A stretch of 46,366 nt of DNA from the IMG/VR virus record IMGVR_UViG_2778261428_000001. One strand, given 5' to 3'. Every line of letters starts with the position of its first letter. Position 1 is the stretch's first letter. A program made the translations under genes and the position numbers. Source of the stretch: a virus. Its lineage: Duplodnaviria > Heunggongvirae > Uroviricota > Caudoviricetes. Positions 11,006 to 19,581 of this stretch are shown here, in pieces. The notes under the pieces were generated by a model, which had not been told where the DNA came from, made no database searches, and saw only the letters and a list, made by a program, of their open reading frames with translations.

Positions 11006-11653
11006 TCAGCGGCCAATCACCACAACCTGACCACCGTCCCCTTCATCTGCCGTGCTGATCTCCTGAGAAACCACACGAGACCCCACGCGCATTTCACCGT
11101 ACAGAACAGGCAGAACATTGCCCTGGGCAACCATGTTATCCAGTGATGAGAAATAGGTGTTCTGCTTACCGTTATCCGTGCTGGTCGCTGTGGGCGTCCG
11201 GGCTTTCGGTGCCAGCATCTGGGCCACACCACCCAGGATCATACTGGCCCCTGCCGCATACATGCCCGATACAGCCGCGGCACCCAGCCAGCCCACAGGG
11301 TTCCACCATGCCACCGCAATCAGCGCCGCCCCCAGCACCACCTGAAACACACCGCCACTTTTAGCTCCCGCCAGACGCGGCACGATGTGGATCACGGCAC
11401 CATTTGCCAGCGGCTCATTAAGACGGGCAGACAATTCGGTTTCACCGGCATCACGCCCGGCAATGCGCACCTGATACCAGCCGTCATTCAGTTTCTGACG
11501 AAACGCCGGGAGCTGTGTGGACAACGCCCGGATGGCTTCAGCCCCCGTTTTTACACGAAGGTCGATGCGGCGGCCAAATCGTTGTAAATCCCCGTAAAGG
11601 CAGATGCGTGCCATGCCCGGTGACGCCAGAGGGAGTGTGTGCGTCGCTGCCAT
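11006..11653 (-). CDS. Tail assembly protein I
   Basis: 215 aa; gpI-like with C-terminal hydrophobic Gly/Ala-rich segment; between K and J. Confidence 0.8.
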   Translation of the reverse strand: MAATHTLPLASPGMARICLYGDLQRFGRRIDLRVKTGAEAIRALSTQLPAFRQKLNDGWYQVRIAGRDAGETELSARLNEPLANGAVIHIVPRLAGAKSGGVFQVVLGAALIAVAWWNPVGWLGAAAVSGMYAAGASMILGGVAQMLAPKARTPTATSTDNGKQNTYFSSLDNMVAQGNVLPVLYGEMRVGSRVVSQEISTADEGDGGQVVVIGR

Positions 11654-12294
11654 TTGTCGGTATACCTCTCTCGTTTGCTCAGTTGTTCAGGAATATGGTG
11701 CAACAGCTCACCGTCGCCGCAGTAAATGGCGGCATGATTCGGCACCGATGAACCAAAACAGCACAGCAGCACATCGCCCGGCTGCGCCGCTGACAACGGC
11801 ACCTGATACAGCCCTGTGGCCTCCAGATTATCCAGATAGAGATTCTGGCCGTTACACCACCAGTCATCCTCACGATGAAAGTCCGGCATCTCAATCCCCG
11901 CCAGATGATAAGCATCCCGGAACAGCGTGTAACAGTCCGTCGCCCCGTGCTCAAAGCGCCGCCCGGTAAGATGCGGCACACAGCGGAATTTATGAATCTC
12001 ACCCCGGCAGACCAGCCACCAAGGCAAATCGCTCTGCACCTGCAGCCGCCTGTCAGCCTCACTCAGCCAGGGCAGGCCACCGGGGTGGCTGTGGACCAGC
12101 GCCACAATCTCACCCTGCATCTCTGCCCGCAGCCAGTCCTCCGGCGACATCCGGAAATACGCCTCCGGCTCACCGGAGATATTCACGCAGGGAAAATATC
12201 TTTCCCCTTCCGGCGTTCTCACCACGAAGCCGCACGACTCCGCTGGCGCACATCGCCGGGCGTGCGCCAGAATCGCTGATTCTGTCTCTGTCAT
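11551..12294 (-). CDS. Tail assembly protein K (JAB/MPN plus NlpC/P60-like)
   Basis: 247 aa; His/Cys motifs of gpK-type peptidase (HSHP...; CxxxH), canonical position between L and I; ORF end overlaps I as in lambda. Confidence 0.8.
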   Translation of the reverse strand: MTETESAILAHARRCAPAESCGFVVRTPEGERYFPCVNISGEPEAYFRMSPEDWLRAEMQGEIVALVHSHPGGLPWLSEADRRLQVQSDLPWWLVCRGEIHKFRCVPHLTGRRFEHGATDCYTLFRDAYHLAGIEMPDFHREDDWWCNGQNLYLDNLEATGLYQVPLSAAQPGDVLLCCFGSSVPNHAAIYCGDGELLHHIPEQLSKRERYTDKWQRRTHSLWRHRAWHASAFTGIYNDLAAASTFV

Positions 12295-12299
12295 GGGAT

Positions 12300-12998
12300 T
12301 TACTGCGAAAGTTTGTTAATGGAAAGGAAGCCGCCAAAGTTGCCGACGTTATTGCGGAACTTACAGCCGCTCAGGCATTTACTGCATTTATCCTTCGAGA
12401 TATCAGATGTCGGCTGGTCATATTCATCAGCGACAGCTGGGCCATTATAACCGCACTCATCACCGCGATAGATCCAGGTGCAGGTGTTGGCCAGCATGAT
12501 GTGCCCCGGAAAAACAGCACCATCCGTTTCCGTCGGTGTGGAGAGCACAAAGGAGGCACTGACCGCACTCAGTTCGCTGCACTGCTCGATGCGCCAGCGG
12601 CTGATCACCTCCTGCTCCGGATCGGCGTCGCTGTTTCCGTTGACGAAGTTCACCGCATCCAGAAAACGGGCGTAAACCTTACGCCTGACCACCGTTCCGC
12701 CGACCAGACTCTGCAGGTCTTCCACCATCCCGGTGACCATGCCGTGCAGGTTAGAGACCGTCAGTGTCGGACGGGCAGCACTACCCTTACCGTTCAGTTC
12801 AAATCCCGTCCCCTGAATAGGGTATACCTGATACTGCCGCCCCTGCCAGGTGACCGGCTCACCTTTTTCGTTCTGCTCATTACAGAAAAAATAACGTTCA
12901 CCACCGACCTCTGTCAGATCGATTTCCCAGAGCACCACCTGGGCTGACTGAGTAAGGCGTGTCGTCTCATGATGTGTTTCCTGTGGAATATCCTGCAT
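12300..12998 (-). CDS. Minor tail protein L
   Basis: 232 aa, gpL-like with C-terminal Cys cluster (CSKCLSGC); synteny. Confidence 0.8.
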   Translation of the reverse strand: MQDIPQETHHETTRLTQSAQVVLWEIDLTEVGGERYFFCNEQNEKGEPVTWQGRQYQVYPIQGTGFELNGKGSAARPTLTVSNLHGMVTGMVEDLQSLVGGTVVRRKVYARFLDAVNFVNGNSDADPEQEVISRWRIEQCSELSAVSASFVLSTPTETDGAVFPGHIMLANTCTWIYRGDECGYNGPAVADEYDQPTSDISKDKCSKCLSGCKFRNNVGNFGGFLSINKLSQ

Positions 12999-13007
12999 CA
13001 GGGCCTC

Positions 13008-13337
13008 CTATGCCACGACCTGTTCAAAATCTGCCGTTATGGTTACCCACAACGCCCCCACGCTTGCCGACCATTTACGACAAACCACCCTGATCGGCTT
13101 CCAGTCATAAGGTGGCGTCCACTGAAATGCGCGGACGCCACCGTGCCGTTCCAGAAAGGCTTTTAAAGATGGGTGTTCACATTTACGAACACGTATCGTC
13201 ACGCTGTAAGTCGACAACTGGTTATTCAGTCCCGCCGCACGACGCTGTTCATAACCATCGCCCAGCTTCACTGTCACCACTTTCGGCTCTGATACCACAT
13301 TCATATCCGGGCGCACTTTCCAGTGAAACGTCTCCAT
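13008..13337 (-). CDS. Minor tail protein M
   Basis: 109 aa, directly downstream of the tape measure gene; gpM-like. Confidence 0.75.
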   Translation of the reverse strand: METFHWKVRPDMNVVSEPKVVTVKLGDGYEQRRAAGLNNQLSTYSVTIRVRKCEHPSLKAFLERHGGVRAFQWTPPYDWKPIRVVCRKWSASVGALWVTITADFEQVVA

Positions 13338-16300
13338 TACCGATATGCTCCACTTAACCGACCACCATCACGGGCCTGCTGTTGCATAAAGTCCGCTGCC
13401 GCTTTTTTCCCAAGGTCATAAACCACCTTCAGGGCAGCCGGACCTATCTGCCCGTTCGTGCCATCGTTATTGATCTCGATGTTGTACTGCGGGGCAAACA
13501 TCGCCATACCTGAACCACCAATATCCGCCACAACCCCCAGCTTACCGTCAGCACCACGACGCAGTGGCAGAATGGCTTCAGGCCCAGCTTCCCCCATCAC
13601 ACCCGCGCCTTTTGCAAAAGCAAAAAACGTCGGACGGTTAACCACCGTGCCACTGTAGCGACTCAAATCAGCCGACTGATAAACACCGCCATCAGCATTA
13701 GCTACAAAATCAAAAGGCAGCGCGGAAGCAATGCCTTTTACCGCTTTCATTAAAGCTATCTGAGCCATGATTCTGGACATATCTGACAGCACAGAAGAGG
13801 TGAAGGATTTGAAATTGAGTTTGCCTGTAGTACAGAATGTCGCCAGCCAGTCACTCATGCTACTGAACGCAGACGTGAACAACTGTTCCACTGTCCCGGC
13901 TGTGTTATCCGCATTCTCAGTGACATTCTGGAGTGCACGCAGGACTCCGTTTTTCCAGTCACCCTGAGCAATTTCAAGCTGTTGCCAGTAACGGCGATTC
14001 TCATTCAGTTGTCGGTTCAGGCTCTCCGTCAGCGCCTGCTCGGCCTTTCTGTAGTCATCCGTGTTATATGTCCCTTTCTGCTCACTATCCCGCCTCAACT
14101 GCTCCAGCTGTTGCTGGTATTTCTGGCGAAGACTCAGTTGTACCTGATATCGCTGCCGCTGCTGATCACCCATACCCACCGTGGCGATATCCAGGTCATG
14201 TTGCTGACGCTGAGCGCGCTCTTCTTCAGCCAGTTGACTGGTCAGCTGAATTGTTTTTTTCTTCAGCTCGTTGAGTGCCGTCTGTTTCTGAAGCTCCTGC
14301 TGTTTTACATCCAGCAGCGTCAATGCCTGAATCAGTTCATCTTTACGGGCAAGCACACTCTTTTCATTTGCCGTCAGTTTTTTCCCGTCCAGGTCGCTGA
14401 TGCGCTGCTGCAGAGCCAGAAGCTGTTTATGCGCTTCTGTCATCCTGTCAGTGGCAATGCCTGCTGACTGTCTTGCAGCAGCAATCTGCCCTTCCACCTG
14501 TGCCTGTTGCTGACTGTACTGCAGCAATAACCGGGTGGCCTCATCATTACGGGTTTCGCGTGTTTTTTTCTTACCGGATGCCAGGGCTTTCTCGTAACGT
14601 TCATTTTCACGTTGTATCGCCGCATCCCTGACAGCCTGATCGGCGTACTGCATGGCATTAATACGCGCAATTTCACGCTGATGCCGTGCTGCTTCAGTTT
14701 CATTCATCCGGTTCAGTGCAGCATTTTCAGCATTACGGCGTTTCTGTTGCTCCTGATAATTCCGCTCTGCCTGCTCTTTTGCATCCTGCAAATCCTTCTG
14801 GCGTTTTTTCTCCTGAAGATCGTTAAGACGCTGCTGATCGTATTCAACCTGAGAAGATGATGCCGTCCAGGGGAGTCTTTTCGCCCGCGACACTTTCTCC
14901 TGTAAAGCGGCAATTTGTTCATCCAGCGAGTCTTCACGACCAATATTCATGGCCGCATCCCAGAAACGACTCCACAAATCAGACAGATACTTCAGCGTAC
15001 TACCAAGCGCATTGAGGTTATTATCAATATCCGCAGTACGCCGACCGGTTTCCTCTGCCAGTGCAGACATGGCTATCCGTGCAGCATCACTGGACCGTCC
15101 CTGATCCCCAAGGACACGTATCTGCTCAAGCTGAGTGGCAGTAAGAAAATGCAGCTCATTGTCCAGAGCCTTCGCGGCATTTACAGGATCATCCTTCAGC
15201 CGCTTAAACTGATTTATGGTATCGCTGATCGACTGGCCAACCGATCGCTCCATCTGTGCGGCAGCTCTCGCCACCATACCGATATCGTTTCCACGAAATG
15301 CACCACTCCCCACCACCTGAGCCAGCGCACCGGCTGCAGCATGTTGCGTGATACCATTCCCGGAAATAGCACGACTGAGCGTCCACAGCTGCCCGGCAGT
15401 GACTCCGGCATAATGCCCCGTCAGCGACAGCTGGCGGTTAAATTCTTCCCCCTCCTTCTGACCGTCATACCAGGCTTTACCCAGACCATAGACAGCCGCG
15501 GCAATACCGCCAATAACCCCGCCAAGCATCATGCCTTTCGGTGACATCAATGTGTCTATCCACCCGGCACGGTTAGCCAGCGTTATTCCGGATCCCCTCA
15601 GCGCACCTAAATTTCCGCGGGCCAGTTCACCTATCAGAACGCCTATCTCCTGACGGGCCGCTGCACTTTTCAGACCCAGCGAATGCGTGGCTTTTCCTGC
15701 CTGCTCCATTTTGCGGATATACACTTCTGCAGCACTGCTTACCCCCAGCTGGGCAGCCTTAGCACGAAGCAACTCAGAAGAAGAAAGATTCTGGCGGGTT
15801 GCCTGCTCTTTAAGCTGACGGATAAACGCCACTTTCTGTCGGGTAGCCTCTTCCTCAGCCTGTGTAAGAACACGGGTTTTCGCCGTAACCTCAGAAATCA
15901 GCGCCAGATAATCCTGCTGACCAATCCCGCCACTGTTTCTGGCCTGTCGGATCTGCTGCTGAATACGCTGTAATTCCTGCAGCCCCGCACTGGCCTGTTT
16001 CACACTGTCAATCTGACGATAAAACGCAGCAGCCGCTTTATCCTGAGCCTCCGCCAGAGCCATGGCCTGCGCCTGTTCCTCGCGCATTTTCTGGCTCAGC
16101 GCCTCCATGCGCTGGCGGGTTTTCTCCACCTCGCGGGCCATGCGTTCATGAGCCTGTGCGTTCTTCTCCACTGTCTGCGCATGGACGGATGCGGCTGTTG
16201 CAGCCGAAGACGCCGCCTGCGTTGTCTGCCGGGCGGCCTGAGTCTGACGCTCCATAAAACGCTGCATACGGGCAGAAGACCGTTCTGCATCGCTGGCTGC

Positions 16301-16423
16301 ACCATTCAGAAGGTTTTTGATACGGGGGATTTCATTTTTAAACTCTGCCGCATCAATCCCCAAATCAATGACCAGGTTGGCTATCTGGTCCATAACGCAC
16401 ACCTCCGGAAATACCTTCCCCAA
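13337..16423 (-). CDS. Tail tape measure protein H
   Basis: 1028 aa, long coiled-coil Gln/Ala/Arg/Glu-rich central region, position after G/T. Confidence 0.85.
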   Translation of the reverse strand: MGKVFPEVCVMDQIANLVIDLGIDAAEFKNEIPRIKNLLNGAASDAERSSARMQRFMERQTQAARQTTQAASSAATAASVHAQTVEKNAQAHERMAREVEKTRQRMEALSQKMREEQAQAMALAEAQDKAAAAFYRQIDSVKQASAGLQELQRIQQQIRQARNSGGIGQQDYLALISEVTAKTRVLTQAEEEATRQKVAFIRQLKEQATRQNLSSSELLRAKAAQLGVSSAAEVYIRKMEQAGKATHSLGLKSAAARQEIGVLIGELARGNLGALRGSGITLANRAGWIDTLMSPKGMMLGGVIGGIAAAVYGLGKAWYDGQKEGEEFNRQLSLTGHYAGVTAGQLWTLSRAISGNGITQHAAAGALAQVVGSGAFRGNDIGMVARAAAQMERSVGQSISDTINQFKRLKDDPVNAAKALDNELHFLTATQLEQIRVLGDQGRSSDAARIAMSALAEETGRRTADIDNNLNALGSTLKYLSDLWSRFWDAAMNIGREDSLDEQIAALQEKVSRAKRLPWTASSSQVEYDQQRLNDLQEKKRQKDLQDAKEQAERNYQEQQKRRNAENAALNRMNETEAARHQREIARINAMQYADQAVRDAAIQRENERYEKALASGKKKTRETRNDEATRLLLQYSQQQAQVEGQIAAARQSAGIATDRMTEAHKQLLALQQRISDLDGKKLTANEKSVLARKDELIQALTLLDVKQQELQKQTALNELKKKTIQLTSQLAEEERAQRQQHDLDIATVGMGDQQRQRYQVQLSLRQKYQQQLEQLRRDSEQKGTYNTDDYRKAEQALTESLNRQLNENRRYWQQLEIAQGDWKNGVLRALQNVTENADNTAGTVEQLFTSAFSSMSDWLATFCTTGKLNFKSFTSSVLSDMSRIMAQIALMKAVKGIASALPFDFVANADGGVYQSADLSRYSGTVVNRPTFFAFAKGAGVMGEAGPEAILPLRRGADGKLGVVADIGGSGMAMFAPQYNIEINNDGTNGQIGPAALKVVYDLGKKAAADFMQQQARDGGRLSGAYR

Positions 16424-16694
16424 GATGCATCAGTTCTTCGTCCGTTCGCTCCGGTATCCCGTTCTCTTCCGGTAAAAGGCTGAAATCAGCCACCGCAGCA
16501 TCACTGCTGCCGGATACCATTCTCACGATCAATGCCTTCAGCGAGGCAAACTGCGCATCCATCCACACATCACTGAAGCTCTGCATCCGGAAATAATCGC
16601 CCCACTCACCAAGCTCAGTGGCCGACATTTCCGACAGCATCCGCCGCCAGTCTGCCCGCCGGAACTCCCGGGCAAGCCGCATGACAAACTGCAT
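16365..16694 (-). CDS. Tail assembly chaperone T segment (expressed as G-T fusion by -1 frameshift)
   Basis: ORF in the -1 frame relative to G, overlapping the end of G; the -1 frame is open from 16727 through the G stop. Confidence 0.6.
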   Translation of the reverse strand: MQFVMRLAREFRRADWRRMLSEMSATELGEWGDYFRMQSFSDVWMDAQFASLKALIVRMVSGSSDAAVADFSLLPEENGIPERTDEELMHLGEGISGGVRYGPDSQPGH

Positions 16695-16702
16695 TTCCCG
16701 CG

Positions 16703-16727
16703 TCAGGACTTTTCCGGCGTCAGCGCC
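16703..16727 (-). other. Candidate programmed -1 ribosomal frameshift window (G to GT)
   Basis: Zero-frame codons GCG CTG ACG CCG GAA AAG TCC TGA; the -1 frame is open across this stretch and continues into T; no canonical X XXY YYZ heptamer (lambda uses G GGA AAG), nearest is CCG GAA AAG. Confidence 0.5.
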
Positions 16728-17131
16728 TCATGCTCATCATCCCCGGCATTATCAATGGCCCCCATACCGCTCAGCGACAGAACCATCTCCGCCCCCGCAC
16801 CCAGGGCATCATACGACCATGTTGTAATAACGGATGCGCAAAGCGTCTCTACATCCTTAGACTGATCCGCATTCCACAGTGAGCGGGAAACCAGCCAGGC
16901 ATTGATATCCATCCCCATCCGCAGAAAAGCAATCTGTCGTTCAGCCTCCGGCAGTTCTCCCTCACCGGCATCAAACTTTGCCGTTCGCTGCTGAACAAAC
17001 GCCAGATATTCAATTCTCTGCAGCCCGGACAGCTCACTGAGCACCACGGACTGTTTTTCATAATTAAACGTGCCCTGTTTCAGAAACATCATGTTCTCCA
17101 CCTGCAAAAAAGCCCCGGATAACCGGGGCAA
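16703..17131 (-). CDS. Tail assembly chaperone G
   Basis: 142 aa acidic protein between V and T/H; gpG position and size. Confidence 0.7.
   Translation of the reverse strand: MPRLSGAFLQVENMMFLKQGTFNYEKQSVVLSELSGLQRIEYLAFVQQRTAKFDAGEGELPEAERQIAFLRMGMDINAWLVSRSLWNADQSKDVETLCASVITTWSYDALGAGAEMVLSLSGMGAIDNAGDDEHEALTPEKS
17105..17129 (-). terminator. Rho-independent terminator after major tail gene V
   Basis: Minus-strand transcript reads GCCCCGGTTATCCGGGGC followed by TTTTTTG. Confidence 0.65.
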
Positions 17132-17149
17132 ATGATGAGTATCGTCCTG

Positions 17150-17893
17150 TTAACCTGCGGCGCTGACAGTCACCGCAGCCACAGCCACAAAATTCCCGTC
17201 AGCGGTCATGCCCACAATGCTGACACTGCCCTGCTTCACGCCTTTCACCGTGGCTACAAGCCCGTTCAGGGTCACCGTGGCAGTCTGTGGATCTGACGAA
17301 TGCACACTGATCGCTTTGTCACTGGCTCCGTCAGGTTTTACTGTAAAGGTCAGCGTGGTGGTTGCTCCCACTTTTACACTGGCAGATGCCGGTGCCACCG
17401 TCAGCCCGGTAACGCTCACTGTTTCAGTGCCTTCCTCTGCCAGATACGGACGCCCCACACCGCTGATTTTCACAGTGCGGGTCATCACGTCTTTTGAGGC
17501 AATGGTTTTACCCAGTGAACTCAGCCAGCCACGGAAAACATCAACAGTACCGTTGGGATATTTGATACGAAACGCGCAGACTTCACCGGAGTCGAACAAC
17601 TGAACCAGTTTTTTCTGCCCGCTGTCACCCGGACGCCAGGCCAGCGTCGCCGAAGTATCACCGACTGATTTCTGCCCCTGGGTTGTCGTTTTCCAGTCTG
17701 CATCTTCATCATCGAGATAAGTATCATCTTCTGCATCAGCGGTCATTTCGCCAGGTTGCAGATCCTTCACCATCGCAAGACGCAGCCAGTCAGTGTCCGA
17801 CAAAGGGTTCGCAAATGCGTCGCCGTTGCCGGTATACATCCAGAACGTCGTCCCCGCACCTTTCGTCTTTGCCAGTGGATTTGGTGTGGTCAT
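17150..17893 (-). CDS. Major tail protein V with C-terminal Ig-like (Big_2) domain
   Basis: gpV-like N-terminus, C-terminal Big_2-like beta-rich region (TVSVTGLTVAPASASVKVGATTTLTFTVKP...); start chosen at the Met preceded by AAGGAGG (ORF track extends to 17968). Confidence 0.8.
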   Translation of the reverse strand: MTTPNPLAKTKGAGTTFWMYTGNGDAFANPLSDTDWLRLAMVKDLQPGEMTADAEDDTYLDDEDADWKTTTQGQKSVGDTSATLAWRPGDSGQKKLVQLFDSGEVCAFRIKYPNGTVDVFRGWLSSLGKTIASKDVMTRTVKISGVGRPYLAEEGTETVSVTGLTVAPASASVKVGATTTLTFTVKPDGASDKAISVHSSDPQTATVTLNGLVATVKGVKQGSVSIVGMTADGNFVAVAAVTVSAAG

Positions 17894-17903
17894 TGCCACC
17901 TCC

Positions 17904-18317
17904 TTAATTCGTGTACGTGATCTGGTACGTGATTTCCGCCATCGCCCAGGTGGCCATCTCATTATCACGTTGATAGTTAAAACCGAGTGGGATCAGGGTG
18001 TCGATGAGTCCGGAAAGTGCCGGTACATCATTCAGGGCCGGGAAAATGGTGCTCTCCATCCACATATCCAGCTCTGAATCCGGTGCCTGTGCCCGGATGA
18101 AGACAGCAATATGCAGAACAGCCTGCCAGTCATCTTCATCCGTCATTTTTCCGGTGTACTGAGCATCACTCAGCCACACCGCCACGGCAGGCAGTTCCTG
18201 CGCATCAACAAATGCCGGAAGCCCGTCAAAAAACGTGGCGCTGTCTCCACACTGTTCCCGAAGGCGTGCCAGTACGACCTGGCGGATTTGTGTATGTCGG
18301 TTCATCGGGTCAGCCAT
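17904..18317 (-). CDS. Minor tail protein U (tail terminator)
   Basis: 137 aa; position between Z-like gene and V. Confidence 0.75.
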   Translation of the reverse strand: MADPMNRHTQIRQVVLARLREQCGDSATFFDGLPAFVDAQELPAVAVWLSDAQYTGKMTDEDDWQAVLHIAVFIRAQAPDSELDMWMESTIFPALNDVPALSGLIDTLIPLGFNYQRDNEMATWAMAEITYQITYTN

Positions 18318-18892
18318 AACCTCAGTTGTTGTTTCAGTGCATACCCCAGCTGTTTCGGCATTTCCGCAGCAATGATGCGGTCGCGGGCATCTTCAAATGC
18401 CTGTGTCAGCGGTCCGGACAGCGGGATTTTCACTACCTCCACAGGAAGACGATTTTTTCTTGGCCTGCCCTGATGGTCATGCCCTGTTGCAAAACGCGCT
18501 TCAGGAAGACGCCTCAGAACATGCCAGCGGCCATTCGCCAGTTGCTGAACAAATGCCCCCCGGAAAAAGTATTTTCCCACTCTCAGTCCTTCACCAGCAC
18601 GCCGCCGTGTTGTGTTCAGTTTGATGGCGGGCAGATTGCCCCGGTTAACGCGGATCCTGGCCGTCATTTTTCCTGACGGACTGGCTTTAAACACCCGGAC
18701 ACGCTGACGTACCAGTTTCAGGGGGATCCCTTTCACCTGGTTATCTCCCGCAACGGTATTCCCGGCAACCTGCCGGGTGGCAACCGAGACCGCTTTCTGT
18801 GCCACACGGTTTATCGCCCATGCGCTGGCCTGTGGCACCATACGGGTATCAAGGCTGTTCAGATTGCGGATGGCATTCTCAAGCCCCTTCAT
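18302..18892 (-). CDS. Tail completion protein (gpZ / HK97 gp10-like)
   Basis: 196-aa basic protein upstream of U in the late operon. Confidence 0.55.
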   Translation of the reverse strand: MKGLENAIRNLNSLDTRMVPQASAWAINRVAQKAVSVATRQVAGNTVAGDNQVKGIPLKLVRQRVRVFKASPSGKMTARIRVNRGNLPAIKLNTTRRRAGEGLRVGKYFFRGAFVQQLANGRWHVLRRLPEARFATGHDHQGRPRKNRLPVEVVKIPLSGPLTQAFEDARDRIIAAEMPKQLGYALKQQLRLWLTR

Positions 18893-18903
18893 CCCATACC
18901 TCT

Positions 18904-19179
18904 TTACTCAATAAAGATCATTGGCTTACCGTTAAAGCGTTCATGCCGTGTGACCGTCCATTGTTGTCCGTCATAAACAACGCGATCCCCGCGCCGTGGG
19001 CGGTATCCCGAAGAAAACACCACCAGAGAGACCGCAGGTCCGGACAGAGCATTCAGCTCTGCCAGTGTTTCTCCCGGGATCACAGTCATATCGACATCAT
19101 TAATCGAGGCTGTCTTTCCCATCTTTCTGACCGTGATCGCATCCATACGCGCTACCAGCCGGGAAAAGGGATCAGACAT
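18904..19179 (-). CDS. Head-tail joining protein (FII-like)
   Basis: 91-aa ORF in the head-tail connector block; call by position only. Confidence 0.45.
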   Translation of the reverse strand: MSDPFSRLVARMDAITVRKMGKTASINDVDMTVIPGETLAELNALSGPAVSLVVFSSGYRPRRGDRVVYDGQQWTVTRHERFNGKPMIFIE

Positions 19180-19495
19180 TGAGTTTTACCGGCACTTCTT
19201 CTGCACTGGTTCCGGCATCTGCCCAGACAACCCCGACCAGCGGATCAGAGCCGCTGTTAGTCAGCTGAACTTTTCCGGACTTCAGATAAACCTTCTTACC
19301 CGTTTTCATGTCATCCGTTTTCAGCTTATGCAGCATAAACACACCTTCGGTCATGCCGTCGCCTGTTTCACCCTGTGGAATATCGGTCAGCGCCACCGCA
19401 AAAACATCACCCACCTGCACCAGATCTCCGCTGCTGATGGCTGCACTGGCAACAATCGCCACCGTTTTTCCTTCTTCTACAAAATTCTTTGCCAT
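19172..19495 (-). CDS. Head-proximal structural protein (DUF2190-like / decoration or head-tail adaptor)
   Basis: Small Gly/Val-rich beta-type protein immediately after the capsid gene; start taken at the internal Met (ORF track extends to 19540). Confidence 0.4.
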   Translation of the reverse strand: MAKNFVEEGKTVAIVASAAISSGDLVQVGDVFAVALTDIPQGETGDGMTEGVFMLHKLKTDDMKTGKKVYLKSGKVQLTNSGSDPLVGVVWADAGTSAEEVPVKLNV

Positions 19496-19537
19496 AACTG
19501 TCTCCGCACAGCCCCATTCAGGGGCTGATTTCAGGTA

Positions 19538-19558
19538 CAAAAAAAGCCCTTACGGGCC
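19538..19558 (-). terminator. Rho-independent terminator/attenuator after capsid gene
   Basis: Minus-strand transcript reads GCCCGTAAGGGC followed by TTTTTTTGT, just downstream of the capsid stop. Confidence 0.55.
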
Positions 19559-19581
19559 ATCAGAGTTGTTGTCTGCGACGT

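Noticed and set aside
13458-15973. Multiple 60-210-aa plus-strand ORFs inside the tape measure gene
   Set aside because: Antisense to a long coiled-coil gene; no RBS or family features.
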